The notes: a model not told the origin generated them from the letters alone. DNA of 64,000 nucleotides from Minisyncoccota bacterium (GCA_028712565.1 JAQTPW010000001.1:77114-141113); one strand, 5' to 3'; numbered from the stretch's first letter, positions 37,375 through 46,585 are shown. Program-made: numbers and translations.

Positions 37375-37520
37375 TTATTCTACCCTTCGACGCGGCTCAG
37401 GGCAAGCCCCTTCGACGCGGCTCCCGCCTTCGCCAATGCTTCCACCTTCGCCCCTCGGGCTTCGGTGGACGAGTCGGCGGGCAAGCAGGGCAAGCCCTTC
37501 GAACTTGATTTTTAAAAATT
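37375..37520. repeat. GC-rich intergenic repeat island (direct 16-mer cccttcgacgcggctc x2 plus degenerate gcaagcccttcg units)
   Basis: Exact 16-mer copies at 37383 and 37418; about 65% GC within an AT-rich intergenic region. Confidence 0.5.
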
Positions 37521-37597
37521 TATCATTAAGATAAAAGCAGAAATTCGATCTGCTCATTAACACTGTAGTTTTGGATTATTTATGAAGGAGGAATACG

Positions 37598-38656
37598 ATG
37601 TTTGAGTTGGAAAAAATAGTAGGTTGTCTTTCTAATAAAAAGACACTTGATAGTGCCGCAAGAAGACGACAGCCAATAGAATCAGACGAAGATTTATGGA
37701 TGATGCATTTTGGAAATGATTTTTCAATAGATGCTTTTGGAAAAATTATCGTAAGTAAAGCTTTCAGAAGACTTGATTCAAAAACTCAAGTATTAACGGC
37801 CAATGTTAACCCGCATGTACGCAAAAGAAATTCCCACACCTCCGAAGTGGTAAACGCCGCCACGACGATTGCCAGAATCTTGGGACTGAATGAAAAATTG
37901 TGTCTTGCGATTGCTTTAGGACATGATATCGGCCATGCGCCATTTGGCCATCTTGGCGAAACGTTTATTTCTAAAATTACCGGCAAGGATTTTCATCACG
38001 AAACTTTTGGGGTTGTTATTGCCCAATATATTGAACGTCAAGGCAAGGGCCTGAATTTAACCTATCAGGTGCTAGAAGGCATTGAAAATCATTCAAGGGG
38101 GCTCAATGCGCTTTCAAGAAAAGAAAGTATTTCCGAAGAAGCAAATGTAGTGATGTGCGCAGACAAAATTGCTTATATCCTAGCTGACATCAATGATATC
38201 TTTGATAGAACGAGAATTTTGGACTATAAAAAATTCCCTAAGATTTACAAGCTTGCCCATACGTGCGGCAACAATCAGCGAGAAAGAATGGCTTTTTTCA
38301 TAAAAAATTTGTGTCAGGAATCGGCGGAAAACGGATGTGTTTCTTTTGTGAATTCTGAAGCTGCAAAAATTTTTGCTGAGCTCAAAGATAATATGTATGA
38401 AGCTTACAATTTGGTTAATTTGCAGAACAGCGTGGAAATCTTAGGAAAAATTTATTCATTCCTTTCCGAAACTAAATTGATCGGAAATGTTAATCCGGCA
38501 TTAGTTCTCGCCCTTATGACCGATATCGAGGTTCTCTACCTTTATAGGAAGGACTATATTAATGGTAGAGATTTTTATGACTGTTCGGTGGCGGAAATCG
38601 TTGAACATTTAAACGGCAAAAACATAAATTTTACCAATCCAGACTTAGATTGGTAG
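37598..38656 (+). CDS. HD-domain dGTP triphosphohydrolase-like protein
   Basis: FRRLDSKTQV...HTSEVVNAATTIARILGL...LGHDIGHAPFGHLGE matches the Dgt-type HD domain; 352 aa. Confidence 0.75.
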   Translation: MFELEKIVGCLSNKKTLDSAARRRQPIESDEDLWMMHFGNDFSIDAFGKIIVSKAFRRLDSKTQVLTANVNPHVRKRNSHTSEVVNAATTIARILGLNEKLCLAIALGHDIGHAPFGHLGETFISKITGKDFHHETFGVVIAQYIERQGKGLNLTYQVLEGIENHSRGLNALSRKESISEEANVVMCADKIAYILADINDIFDRTRILDYKKFPKIYKLAHTCGNNQRERMAFFIKNLCQESAENGCVSFVNSEAAKIFAELKDNMYEAYNLVNLQNSVEILGKIYSFLSETKLIGNVNPALVLALMTDIEVLYLYRKDYINGRDFYDCSVAEIVEHLNGKNINFTNPDLDW

Positions 38657-38677
38657 GAATAAATTATACAATTATCT

Positions 38678-38705
38678 AGGGCTCTATCAAGAGCCCGTTT
38701 TTATT
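38678..38705 (+). terminator. Rho-independent terminator
   Basis: agggctc tatcaa gagccc followed by gtttttattc. Confidence 0.55.
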
Positions 38706-38725
38706 CTTATGAATTTAGAATGAAA

Positions 38726-38757
38726 TAAAAAGCTCCCGAGAATATTCGAGAGCTTAT
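38726..38757 (-). terminator. Rho-independent terminator for the minus-strand gene ending at 38754
   Basis: aagctcccgag aatatt ctcgagagctt-type stem; T run on the minus strand. Confidence 0.45.
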
Positions 38758-39113
38758 TCTGGTTCCAACATAACGTCTTCCATTTTTCCCATAGACGCTA
38801 TGGAAAAAAGTTTCTCTAGCTTGACAACGCCATCTGAAAAAATCTTTTCTGCCTCTCTCGGATTAGTGTAAAATTGGACATTATCCTTAAAAAGAAGAGT
38901 TAATATTTTTTCTGTCGAAGGTTGATAATCAAAAGCCCGACCAGAAATCGCTTTCACTAAAAACTTAATTTTGTATATCTCATCATCTCCTTTCTCTATA
39001 CTTAGTAAGATACCCAGATAATTGAAAATCGCCATCGGCGCGACAGTCCACCAAACAAATCCTTTTATTTCATTTAAAGAACTTGGAGTGTTCCATACTT
39101 TTTCTGCTTTCAT
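38754..39113 (-). CDS. Hypothetical protein; its RBS region is tandemly duplicated
   Basis: 119 aa; upstream 14-mer aaaaaggagcagat occurs twice in tandem (39113-39150). Confidence 0.5.
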   Translation of the reverse strand: MKAEKVWNTPSSLNEIKGFVWWTVAPMAIFNYLGILLSIEKGDDEIYKIKFLVKAISGRAFDYQPSTEKILTLLFKDNVQFYTNPREAEKIFSDGVVKLEKLFSIASMGKMEDVMLEPE

Positions 39114-39215
39114 TTTTATCTGCTCCTTTTTATCTGCTCCTTTTTGTGTACTATACGCAAACTATCAAGTTCTACAAAAAATTCAAGCCCGAGGAATCTT
39201 TTAATTTATTATTGC

Positions 39216-39410
39216 TTAGTCCTTAAAATCAAACAATTCATCAATTGTCGTTTTAAGGGCCTTGGCCACTTCGTGCGCAAGGCAAAGCGAAGGATTGTAT
39301 TTGTTCTGCTCCAAATAAATGATTGTTTCTCGCCGGACGCCGACTTTTTTTGCCAGTTCTTCTTGGGTCAGATCGTATTTTGCCCTGAATTCTTTTATCC
39401 TGTTTTTCAT
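39216..39410 (-). CDS. XRE-family helix-turn-helix transcriptional regulator
   Basis: [29 protein letters not shown] is a Cro/C1 HTH; 64 aa. Confidence 0.85.
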   Translation of the reverse strand: MKNRIKEFRAKYDLTQEELAKKVGVRRETIIYLEQNKYNPSLCLAHEVAKALKTTIDELFDFKD

Positions 39411-39414
39411 AGAA

Positions 39415-39852
39415 TTAAATCAACTTCCCTTTTTTATCGTAGTAAAGCCAGAAAATAAAAAAGAAAATGGCCATGCCGGCGATAGCGCCACCTACTGTTT
39501 GGCTGGCGTCCAATTTTTCCGCGCCGAATAACACTTTGGCAAAAAATGGCTCAAACCAAGATATGGCGAGCAGCCAATATAATGAAAACTGAAAACTTGC
39601 GGCGGATGCCTGTATTGTAACTTTTTTAGATCTTTCATCTTCAATGGGCATACCTTCCTTTACGTCTTTATATCGTCTTTTGATAAAGAAGAGCATAAAC
39701 AAAACCACTATAACCGGGATTAAAAAAGAAATTATGGTTCCACGACTTGTTTCTTTTTTGGCGATCACTTCAAAGGCGTACAAAGCAACGGTGGATAAAA
39801 CCGTGATGCTAAGTATTGTCATAATAATTAAACGAACTTTGTCTTTTTTCAT
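39415..39852 (-). CDS. Membrane protein encoded immediately upstream of, and co-transcribed with, the XRE regulator
   Basis: 145 aa, four hydrophobic helices; 4-nt gap to the downstream gene. Confidence 0.6.
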   Translation of the reverse strand: MKKDKVRLIIMTILSITVLSTVALYAFEVIAKKETSRGTIISFLIPVIVVLFMLFFIKRRYKDVKEGMPIEDERSKKVTIQASAASFQFSLYWLLAISWFEPFFAKVLFGAEKLDASQTVGGAIAGMAIFFFIFWLYYDKKGKLI

Positions 39853-39970
39853 ATTTTTTATAGTTAATTATATTTAACATTTTGTTATATTCAACTAACT
39901 TAATGTTATATTATTCTAACATCTTGTCAAGGTCATTTATCCACAACTGTAAAAATCACGCCCTAAACAA

Positions 39971-40006
39971 AAAGGACGTCGGTTTTTGGGTTGACGTCCT
40001 TTAGAA
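39971..40006 (-). terminator. Rho-independent terminator for the minus-strand small Zn-ribbon gene
   Basis: aaaggacgtc ... gacgtccttt; the T run (tttttgttt) is present only on the minus strand. Confidence 0.6.
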
Positions 40007-40024
40007 GACGAAAATAAAAACAAA

Positions 40025-40192
40025 TCATTTCATCATTATTTTCAAGGGCCGGCGCAGGTAGCTTTTACCCGGTTCGTGTCCGTTTGCGCACATGCAATCT
40101 CCGTCAGGCACGAATCCGCCGCAGATATTGCACTTACTTTCTTTTGGCTTGCAAACCACATATCGTTTTGGTATTACTGCTTGTGTTGTCAT
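40025..40192 (-). CDS. Small Cys-rich zinc-ribbon protein (55 aa; absent from the ORF track)
   Basis: Minus strand reads agaggtgaagacATG; translation MTTQAVIPKRYVVCKPKESKCNICGGFVPDGDCMCANGHEPGKSYLRRPLKIMMK; followed by its own terminator. Confidence 0.45.
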   Translation of the reverse strand: MTTQAVIPKRYVVCKPKESKCNICGGFVPDGDCMCANGHEPGKSYLRRPLKIMMK

Positions 40193-40414
40193 GTCTTCAC
40201 CTCTTATTATATTAGAAAAGTGCTATCACTTTTCTTTTTTCATACTATATCGTTAGATAAAAAAATCAAGCCACGATGGTGTGCTTAAAACTAGCAACCA
40301 ATTACGGAAATGCTTCTTCTTAAAGTCCATAAATAATGATAAAATTAAATTGAAAATGTAGCCCCGTTAGAGATATGAATAATTACGATATTTATGTAAT
40401 CCAAAGCATTAAGG

Positions 40415-41431
40415 ATGGTAAAAGAAGTTAATTTATACAAAAAACTTAATGAAAAGAATGTGCAATGCCAGAATTGCGCGCATTATTGCGTGATTGTTCC
40501 CGGAAACCGAGGGATTTGCGGAGTAAGAGAAAACATTGATGGAAAATTATTTGCCAAAAACTATGGGAAAATAATTGCCTGTAATATCGACCCTATCGAA
40601 AAAAAGCCATTTTACCATTTTTTACCCGGCACTAATACCTTATCTATCGCGACTGTCGGCTGCAATTTTAAATGTTCGAATTGCCAAAACTGGGATATTT
40701 CCCAAGGATTTAAGGGCGAGGCGAAAATTCCCGGGGAATTTATTCCTCCAGAAGATATTGTAAAAATTGCGGAAAATCAAAAACTGCCAAGTATTTCCTA
40801 CACCTATACTGAACCTACTATTTTTTCAGAATATGCCCTGGATGTAATGAAGTGCGCAAAAGCAAAAGGTCTGAAAAATGCTTGGGTTTCAAACGGTTTT
40901 ATGAGTAAAGAATCTGCAAAAATGGTAATCCCCTATCTTGATGCAAACCGAATTGATATTAAAAGTTTTTCCGATGATTTTTACAAAAAGAATTGTGGCT
41001 CGAGATTACAGCCGGTTTTAGATACCTGCAAAATAATGAAAAAATCCGGAGTTTGGGTGGAAATAATAACTTTGGCGATTCCAACTTTAAGCGATTCCGA
41101 AAAAAACTTTAAAGATATTGCAAAATTTATTTATAAAGAACTGGGCGCAGAAACTCCTTGGCATATTACCCAGTTTTCCGGAGAAATTTCTTGGAAATTA
41201 AAGCACTTGCCAGAAACTCCAGTTGAAACCCTAAAAATGGCTTGGAAAATCGGAAAAGAAGCTGGTCTAAAATATGTTTATACCGGTAATATGCCGGGTT
41301 TGGACTCTGAAGACACTCTGTGCCCAAAATGCGGGACGATAGCTATCAGTCGAACAGGTTACAGCATTTCCAGAAAAGATAAGTCAGGAAAATGTCCGCA
41401 GTGTGGCACAGATTTGAATATTATTAACTAA
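40415..41431 (+). CDS. AmmeMemoRadiSam system radical SAM enzyme (PFL-activase-like)
   Basis: N-terminal VQCQNCAHYC then DPIEKKPFYHFLPG...SIATVGCNFKCSNCQNWDIS (CxxxCxxC) matches the family signature; 338 aa. Confidence 0.8.
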   Translation: MVKEVNLYKKLNEKNVQCQNCAHYCVIVPGNRGICGVRENIDGKLFAKNYGKIIACNIDPIEKKPFYHFLPGTNTLSIATVGCNFKCSNCQNWDISQGFKGEAKIPGEFIPPEDIVKIAENQKLPSISYTYTEPTIFSEYALDVMKCAKAKGLKNAWVSNGFMSKESAKMVIPYLDANRIDIKSFSDDFYKKNCGSRLQPVLDTCKIMKKSGVWVEIITLAIPTLSDSEKNFKDIAKFIYKELGAETPWHITQFSGEISWKLKHLPETPVETLKMAWKIGKEAGLKYVYTGNMPGLDSEDTLCPKCGTIAISRTGYSISRKDKSGKCPQCGTDLNIIN

Positions 41432-41446
41432 TGTTAAATAGTTAAA

Positions 41447-42070
41447 ATGCTAAATAGCCAAATAATCTTCGCTTGCATATCCCCTCACCCGCCGATTATC
41501 TTGCCATCGATCGGGTCAGAGGAAGACCGAAAGCAAGTAATAAAAACGGTTGAAAGTTTAGAATTATTGGGACAGAAATTCGCCGAAGCAAAACCCGATT
41601 CAATAATAATTTCCTCTCCCCACCCCGATTGGGGCTTTAATGTGCCATTATTTTTCCTTGCCCCCAATTTTAAAGGAGAGTTTAAACAATATATGATGGG
41701 TTTGGAAACGCCTGAATTTTATTTTAATGACGGGAAAAAAGTTTATGAAACGCTGGATAAAAATAAAAAATATGCTTTAATTGCGTCAGGAGATCTGTCT
41801 CACTGTTTAAAAGAAGATGGCCCTTACGGGTTTTCTCCGGAAGGTCCAAAATTTGACAAGGATTTAATTGACGCATTAAAAAAGAAAAATATTGAGAAAA
41901 TCTTAAACTTGGAAGATGATTATCCTCAAGCCGGAGAATGCGGATTAAGATCTTTTTGTTTTATGCTTGGAATTTTAGAAGCGGCAAAAATTAACTGGCA
42001 TGCCGAAATTTTATCTTATGAGGGCCCATTCGGCGTAGGTTATTTAGTAGCTAACTTTAAATTGCATTAA
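41447..42070 (+). CDS. Memo/LigB-superfamily protein (candidate AmmeMemoRadiSam system protein B)
   Basis: His motifs ISPHPP, SSPHPD and SGDLSHC typical of the class-III extradiol dioxygenase/MEMO1 fold; 207 aa; 16 nt after the radical SAM gene. Confidence 0.5.
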   Translation: MLNSQIIFACISPHPPIILPSIGSEEDRKQVIKTVESLELLGQKFAEAKPDSIIISSPHPDWGFNVPLFFLAPNFKGEFKQYMMGLETPEFYFNDGKKVYETLDKNKKYALIASGDLSHCLKEDGPYGFSPEGPKFDKDLIDALKKKNIEKILNLEDDYPQAGECGLRSFCFMLGILEAAKINWHAEILSYEGPFGVGYLVANFKLH

Positions 42071-42074
42071 AAAT

Positions 42075-42464
42075 ATGAAAGACCTTATAAAAAAATACTT
42101 AGCATATTTAATCAGGTGGCAGCTTAGCACGCCGATATTGGCTCCGGTAATCGCTTATTTTAAGCATTCTCCCTCGCTTTTCGGGACAAAGGAAGATTGG
42201 ATAGGATCTGCGGTTGCAAACTTAATTGGCGGCCTCATATTTTTTTGGGTTGATAAATGGATATTCAAAAGCACAATTTTAGCTCCTCTTTGGGAAATAA
42301 AAGAAAATATAAAGTGCGCTGACTGCGGAAAATTATGCCGCGGTTATAGGGTTGTAAAAGCCGGAAACTATGACAGAATGCAGGATGTTGCCCCCCAGTT
42401 TCGATGCGAGGATTGCTCAAAAAGAAAATTAGAGGAATTAAAACAACGCGGAATAAAAATTTAA
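42075..42464 (+). CDS. Membrane protein with a C-terminal CxxC...CxxC zinc ribbon
   Basis: Two TM helices, then CADCGKLC...CEDCSKR; 129 aa. Confidence 0.5.
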   Translation: MKDLIKKYLAYLIRWQLSTPILAPVIAYFKHSPSLFGTKEDWIGSAVANLIGGLIFFWVDKWIFKSTILAPLWEIKENIKCADCGKLCRGYRVVKAGNYDRMQDVAPQFRCEDCSKRKLEELKQRGIKI

Positions 42465-42465
42465 T

Positions 42466-42948
42466 ATGAAAATTGCCATCATCTCCGACAGTCACGATAA
42501 TCTGCCAAATCTAAAAAAAGCCGTAGACTGGATTAAAAAAGAAAAAATAAAAATAATTATCCACTGCGGAGATGTTTCAAATCAAGAAATTTTTAAAGAA
42601 GCCCTCGGAGATTACAAAGGGAAAATTTATTTATCTCGTGGCAACTGCGACTTGGGAGATTTTGACATAATCCCCCGCTTGAAAATTTATGACGAATTTG
42701 GAGAAGTATCAGTTAGAAATAAAAAAGTTGCTTTTACGCATTTTCCAAAAATTGCTGGAGAGTTGGCAATGAAAGAAAAATATGATTTAGTATTTTACGG
42801 TCATAATCACAAACCCTGGGTAAAAACGGTTGGAAAAACTCAGCTGGTAAATCCCGGAAATTTATCCGGAGTTTTCTATAAAGCCACTTTTGCAACTTAC
42901 GACAATAGGGCTGACAAGCTTGAATTAAAAATATTAGAAAGGTTGTAA
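42466..42948 (+). CDS. Metallophosphoesterase, YfcE/MJ0936 family
   Basis: MKIAIISDSHDN...IIHCGDV...GHNH motifs; 160 aa. Confidence 0.8.
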   Translation: MKIAIISDSHDNLPNLKKAVDWIKKEKIKIIIHCGDVSNQEIFKEALGDYKGKIYLSRGNCDLGDFDIIPRLKIYDEFGEVSVRNKKVAFTHFPKIAGELAMKEKYDLVFYGHNHKPWVKTVGKTQLVNPGNLSGVFYKATFATYDNRADKLELKILERL

Positions 42949-42959
42949 AATGATATAGT

Positions 42960-44039
42960 ATGAAAAATTTGGAAGAAATTTTAACAGGAGAGCCGAAATT
43001 CAGGTTAAAACAAATAAAAAAAGCTGTTTTTGTTGATTTAATTGATGATTGGGAAAAAGTTACGACTTTGCCCAAAGAATTGCGCCAAAAATTAGCGGAA
43101 AATTACCCGATTTTGGAATTAAAAGAAGAAAAGATCTTAGCATCAAAAAACAACCAAACTACAAAAGCCCTTTTTGTGTTAAATGATGGGTTGCAGATAG
43201 AAACAGTTTTAATGAAACATGAAGTGGATTTGACAAACTCACCGCAAGCTGGCCGCAGAACAGTTTGCGTTTCCTCTCAAGCCGGCTGCGCAATGAATTG
43301 TCAGTTTTGCGCAACTGGGCAGCAGGGTTTTAACCGAAATTTATCTGCCGAAGAAATTATTGATCAGGTTTTATTTTTTGCAAGATTTTTGAAAAAATCC
43401 AATGAAAAAGTGACAAATGTAGTTTTTATGGGAATGGGAGAGCCATTTTTAAATTATGATAACGTTTTGGCAGCTACTAAAATTTTAAACGATAAAGATG
43501 GTTTTAATTTAGGAGCGCGTCATATTTCCATTTCCACTTGCGGTATTATTGAAGGAATTGAAAGATTGGCAAATGAAAAAATGCAGATAAATTTGGCAAT
43601 TTCCCTGCATGCGCCGAATAATGAAATCCGCTCGAGATTAATGCCGATTAATGAAAAATATCCGATTGAGAAAATTTTGGCGTCAGTTGATGATTATATA
43701 AAAAAAACGGGAAGGAGGGTTATGTTTGAATACCTGATGATAGACGGGGTGAACGATTCCGAAGCCCAAGCCGAAGAATTAGCTAAACTTTTAATTTATA
43801 ACCTGCATTTCGGAAACCAAAAAAATTTTTCCCGGGAAGATCGTGGATTTTATTTTGTGAATTTAATATCGTTTAATCCAATCGGGCATTCCGAATTCAA
43901 GCCCTCTCCCGGCTGGAAAATTAAAAAATTCAAAGAAATTTTGGAAAAAATGGGGGTTGTTGTTACCCAGAGATATCGTTTCGGAAAAGAAATTAAAGCC
44001 GCCTGCGGGCAATTGGCAGGAAAAGAAAATGAGATTTGA
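42960..44039 (+). CDS. rlmN: 23S rRNA (adenine2503-C2)-methyltransferase, radical SAM (RlmN/Cfr family)
   Basis: CVSSQAGCAMNCQFCATG radical SAM cluster; 359 aa. Confidence 0.85.
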   Translation: MKNLEEILTGEPKFRLKQIKKAVFVDLIDDWEKVTTLPKELRQKLAENYPILELKEEKILASKNNQTTKALFVLNDGLQIETVLMKHEVDLTNSPQAGRRTVCVSSQAGCAMNCQFCATGQQGFNRNLSAEEIIDQVLFFARFLKKSNEKVTNVVFMGMGEPFLNYDNVLAATKILNDKDGFNLGARHISISTCGIIEGIERLANEKMQINLAISLHAPNNEIRSRLMPINEKYPIEKILASVDDYIKKTGRRVMFEYLMIDGVNDSEAQAEELAKLLIYNLHFGNQKNFSREDRGFYFVNLISFNPIGHSEFKPSPGWKIKKFKEILEKMGVVVTQRYRFGKEIKAACGQLAGKENEI

Positions 44040-44328
44040 AATAAAAGGACCATTAAAAGAAAATATTTACAATTTAATGCGAAACATTAACTATCACTTT
44101 TTAGGTACGGACGAAAGAACTGGAGAATTAAATTTTATTCATCCAATCGCCGGCGCTTATCCAAGATTTCACGTTTATTTAAAAATTGACGGCCAAAATG
44201 TTATTTTCAATCTTCATTTGGATCAAAAAAGGCCGGTTTATGATGGCGCTACCGCCCACAGTGGCGAGTATGAGGGAGAATTAGTCGAAAAAGAGGCCGA
44301 AAGAATTAAAAATTCATTTTTTCACTAA
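44029..44328 (+). CDS. Hypothetical protein (start overlaps the rlmN stop)
   Basis: 99 aa from MRFEIKG; the track's longer start at 43957 lies inside rlmN. Confidence 0.45.
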   Translation: MRFEIKGPLKENIYNLMRNINYHFLGTDERTGELNFIHPIAGAYPRFHVYLKIDGQNVIFNLHLDQKRPVYDGATAHSGEYEGELVEKEAERIKNSFFH

Positions 44329-44329
44329 T

Positions 44330-44839
44330 ATGCATCCCTTTGCGGTATTGGCAAAAAAGGCGGTAGAAACTTACATAAACGAGGGGAAAATAATTTCCTT
44401 GCCCTCTGATTTATCAAAAGAATTTTTGGAGAAAAAAGCTGGAGCTTTTGTAACGCTTGAAAAAAATGGTAAATTACGAGGATGTATCGGAACTTATTTG
44501 CCAACTCGTAATAATGTTGCTGAGGAAATCATTTATAATGCAATTTCTGCGGCGACTGAAGATTATAGATTTGATACGGTTCAGGCCGATGAACTGCCCC
44601 AACTTTCTTACACCGTTTACATTTTAAATGAACCTGGACTAATTTCAGATATAAAGGAGTTAAATCCTAAAAAATTTGGTATAATTGTAAGGTCGGGTAG
44701 AAAATGCGGGCTCTTGCTTCCAGATTTGGAGGGCGTGGATACAGTTGAGGAACAAATTTCAATTTGTTGCCAGAAAGGAGGCATTGACCCCAAAGAAAAA
44801 ATTTCAATTTATAAATTTACAGTTGAGAAATACCAATAA
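44330..44839 (+). CDS. AMMECR1-domain protein (AmmeMemoRadiSam system protein A)
   Basis: GAFVTLEKNGKLRGCIG signature; 169 aa. Confidence 0.8.
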   Translation: MHPFAVLAKKAVETYINEGKIISLPSDLSKEFLEKKAGAFVTLEKNGKLRGCIGTYLPTRNNVAEEIIYNAISAATEDYRFDTVQADELPQLSYTVYILNEPGLISDIKELNPKKFGIIVRSGRKCGLLLPDLEGVDTVEEQISICCQKGGIDPKEKISIYKFTVEKYQ

Positions 44840-44849
44840 TTTCCAAAAT

Positions 44850-45521
44850 ATGGAAAATAATCAAGAATTGGCAAAAATATTCAATGAAATCGCAAATCTT
44901 TTGGAAATAAAGGGAGTGGCTTTCAAGCCCGCAGCTTACCGGAAAGCCGCAAAAGCTCTGGAAAATTTAGATTGTGATATTTCTGTAATTTATAAAGAAA
45001 AGGGGCAAAAAGGTATAAAATCAATACCAGGCGTTGGAGAAAGTATTTCAAAAAAAATTGAAGAATATTTAAAAAAGGAAAAAATTAAATATTTTAATGA
45101 ATTAGAGGAAGAGACCGCACTTCAGCAAATTATCACTTATTATTTCCAAACAAAAGGATTGTCGCTAAGCACATTAAAAGAAAATGCTAGAAAAAAGAAA
45201 ATAATTTATTCAAGGTTTACAAAACCGGCAAAACAGTTATTAATTCTGGCGGGCTCAATAGAAAAAGCAAAAGAAGCTATTGACAAGGTTGCCAAATGGG
45301 CAAGATCCAGAAATTTAGATTATGCGATTGAAACGGTTTTTAAAAAATGGCTGGAATTGGATATGCTAAAGCCAAAAGAAGTGGTAAAAAAACCTTTTTT
45401 CCGAAACATGCCAATGATTTGGTCCGAAACTAAAAAGAAATGGTATGTTATTGATTCAGCTGGCAGCTGGCTTGAATTTGCCGGAAAAGAAGCAGAAATC
45501 GAATGGAGAATAATTAAATAG
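44850..45521 (+). CDS. DNA polymerase X family N-terminal (8-kDa/HhH) domain protein; polymerase palm absent
   Basis: NQELAKIFNEIANLLEIKGVAFKPAAYRKAAKALENL and GVGESISKKIEEYL match the PolX N-terminal region; only 224 aa. The track's start at 44745 overlaps the AMMECR1 gene. Confidence 0.55.
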   Translation: MENNQELAKIFNEIANLLEIKGVAFKPAAYRKAAKALENLDCDISVIYKEKGQKGIKSIPGVGESISKKIEEYLKKEKIKYFNELEEETALQQIITYYFQTKGLSLSTLKENARKKKIIYSRFTKPAKQLLILAGSIEKAKEAIDKVAKWARSRNLDYAIETVFKKWLELDMLKPKEVVKKPFFRNMPMIWSETKKKWYVIDSAGSWLEFAGKEAEIEWRIIK

Positions 45522-45566
45522 TAAAATTGGTATAATTAGTATAAATTAGTATATTTGCATCGAGTT

Positions 45567-46511
45567 ATGAAAATTGTTTTTATCGGAACCCCGGAATTCG
45601 GAGCAGTTATTTTAGAAGAGCTTGCAAAAACAGATTACAGGCCGGCTTTGGTCATAACCGAAACCGATAAACCCAAAGGCAGAAAGCAGATTATCACTCC
45701 CCCGCCGGTTAAAATTGTAGCGGAAAAATACGGCATTTCTGTTTTGCAGCCAGAAAAAATTATAAATTGCAAAAATGAAATTGAAAAACTAAGGCCAGAT
45801 TTAATAATCGTTGCGGCTTACGGACAAATTTTACCAAAAGAAATTTTGGAAATTCCAAAATATAGGTCCATAAACGTTCATCCATCTCTTTTGCCAAAAT
45901 ATCGCGGTCCTTCCCCTGTTCAAAATGCTATTCTAAACGGAGACAAAGAAACGGGAGCAACAATTATGTTAATGGATGAAAAAATGGATCACGGTCCGAT
46001 TTTAACGCAAAAAAAAGTTCCAATTGAAATAAATGAAAACGCGATACAGCTCCATGAAAAGTTGGCAAAAATTGGGGCAAAACTTCTTATAAATACAATC
46101 CCCTCTTGGGTAACTGGCGCAATTAAACAAATAATTCAAGATGAAAAAATGGCAACCTATACAAAAATTATCAAAAAAGAAGATGGAAAAATTGACTGGA
46201 AAAAACCAGCAAAAGAAATAGATAGGCAAATCCGGGCATTTGACGATTGGCCGGGAAGCTATACGTTTTTTAAAAACGGCGACAATTTAATAAGGCTAAA
46301 AATTATAAAAGCTGGAGTTTTGGCACAAACACAGCATGGCCCTTTTGGTGTGCCGGGAAAAACATTCATGGCAACCAACGAAGAAATTGCCGTTCAAACC
46401 GGAAAAGATTATTTAATAATCAAGGAATTGCAACCGGAAGGTAAACGAAAAAAGGCCGCAAAAGAATTTTTAAAAGGCCATACTAAATTTATTGGAATAA
46501 TTTTTGAGTAA
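45567..46511 (+). CDS. fmt: Methionyl-tRNA formyltransferase
   Basis: MKIVFIGTPEFGAVILEEL...SINVHPSLLPKYRGPSP motifs. Confidence 0.9.
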   Translation: MKIVFIGTPEFGAVILEELAKTDYRPALVITETDKPKGRKQIITPPPVKIVAEKYGISVLQPEKIINCKNEIEKLRPDLIIVAAYGQILPKEILEIPKYRSINVHPSLLPKYRGPSPVQNAILNGDKETGATIMLMDEKMDHGPILTQKKVPIEINENAIQLHEKLAKIGAKLLINTIPSWVTGAIKQIIQDEKMATYTKIIKKEDGKIDWKKPAKEIDRQIRAFDDWPGSYTFFKNGDNLIRLKIIKAGVLAQTQHGPFGVPGKTFMATNEEIAVQTGKDYLIIKELQPEGKRKKAAKEFLKGHTKFIGIIFE

Positions 46512-46536
46512 AATTATTTCTTTGTTTTATAAAAAA

Positions 46537-46578
46537 TAAGCTGGTGGAAATTACCCACCAGCTCTTTGTTTTTGTTTG
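46537..46578. terminator. Bidirectional rho-independent terminator
   Basis: agctggtgg aaatta cccaccagct with T runs on both strands. Confidence 0.7.
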
Positions 46579-46585
46579 GAAAAAA

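Noticed and set aside
41447-42070. Considered calling the 207-aa protein a 4,5-DOPA extradiol dioxygenase
   Set aside because: Only the generic LigB/Memo-superfamily His motifs are visible. Its position 16 nt after the AmmeMemoRadiSam radical SAM gene makes the system-B (Memo-like) role more likely, and I kept it at moderate confidence.
44745-44849. Track start for the PolX-N-like ORF at 44745, overlapping AMMECR1 by ~95 nt
   Set aside because: The extension lies in another gene's coding region. The conserved PolX N-terminus begins at the Met at 44850 (MENNQELAKIFNEIANLLEIKG).
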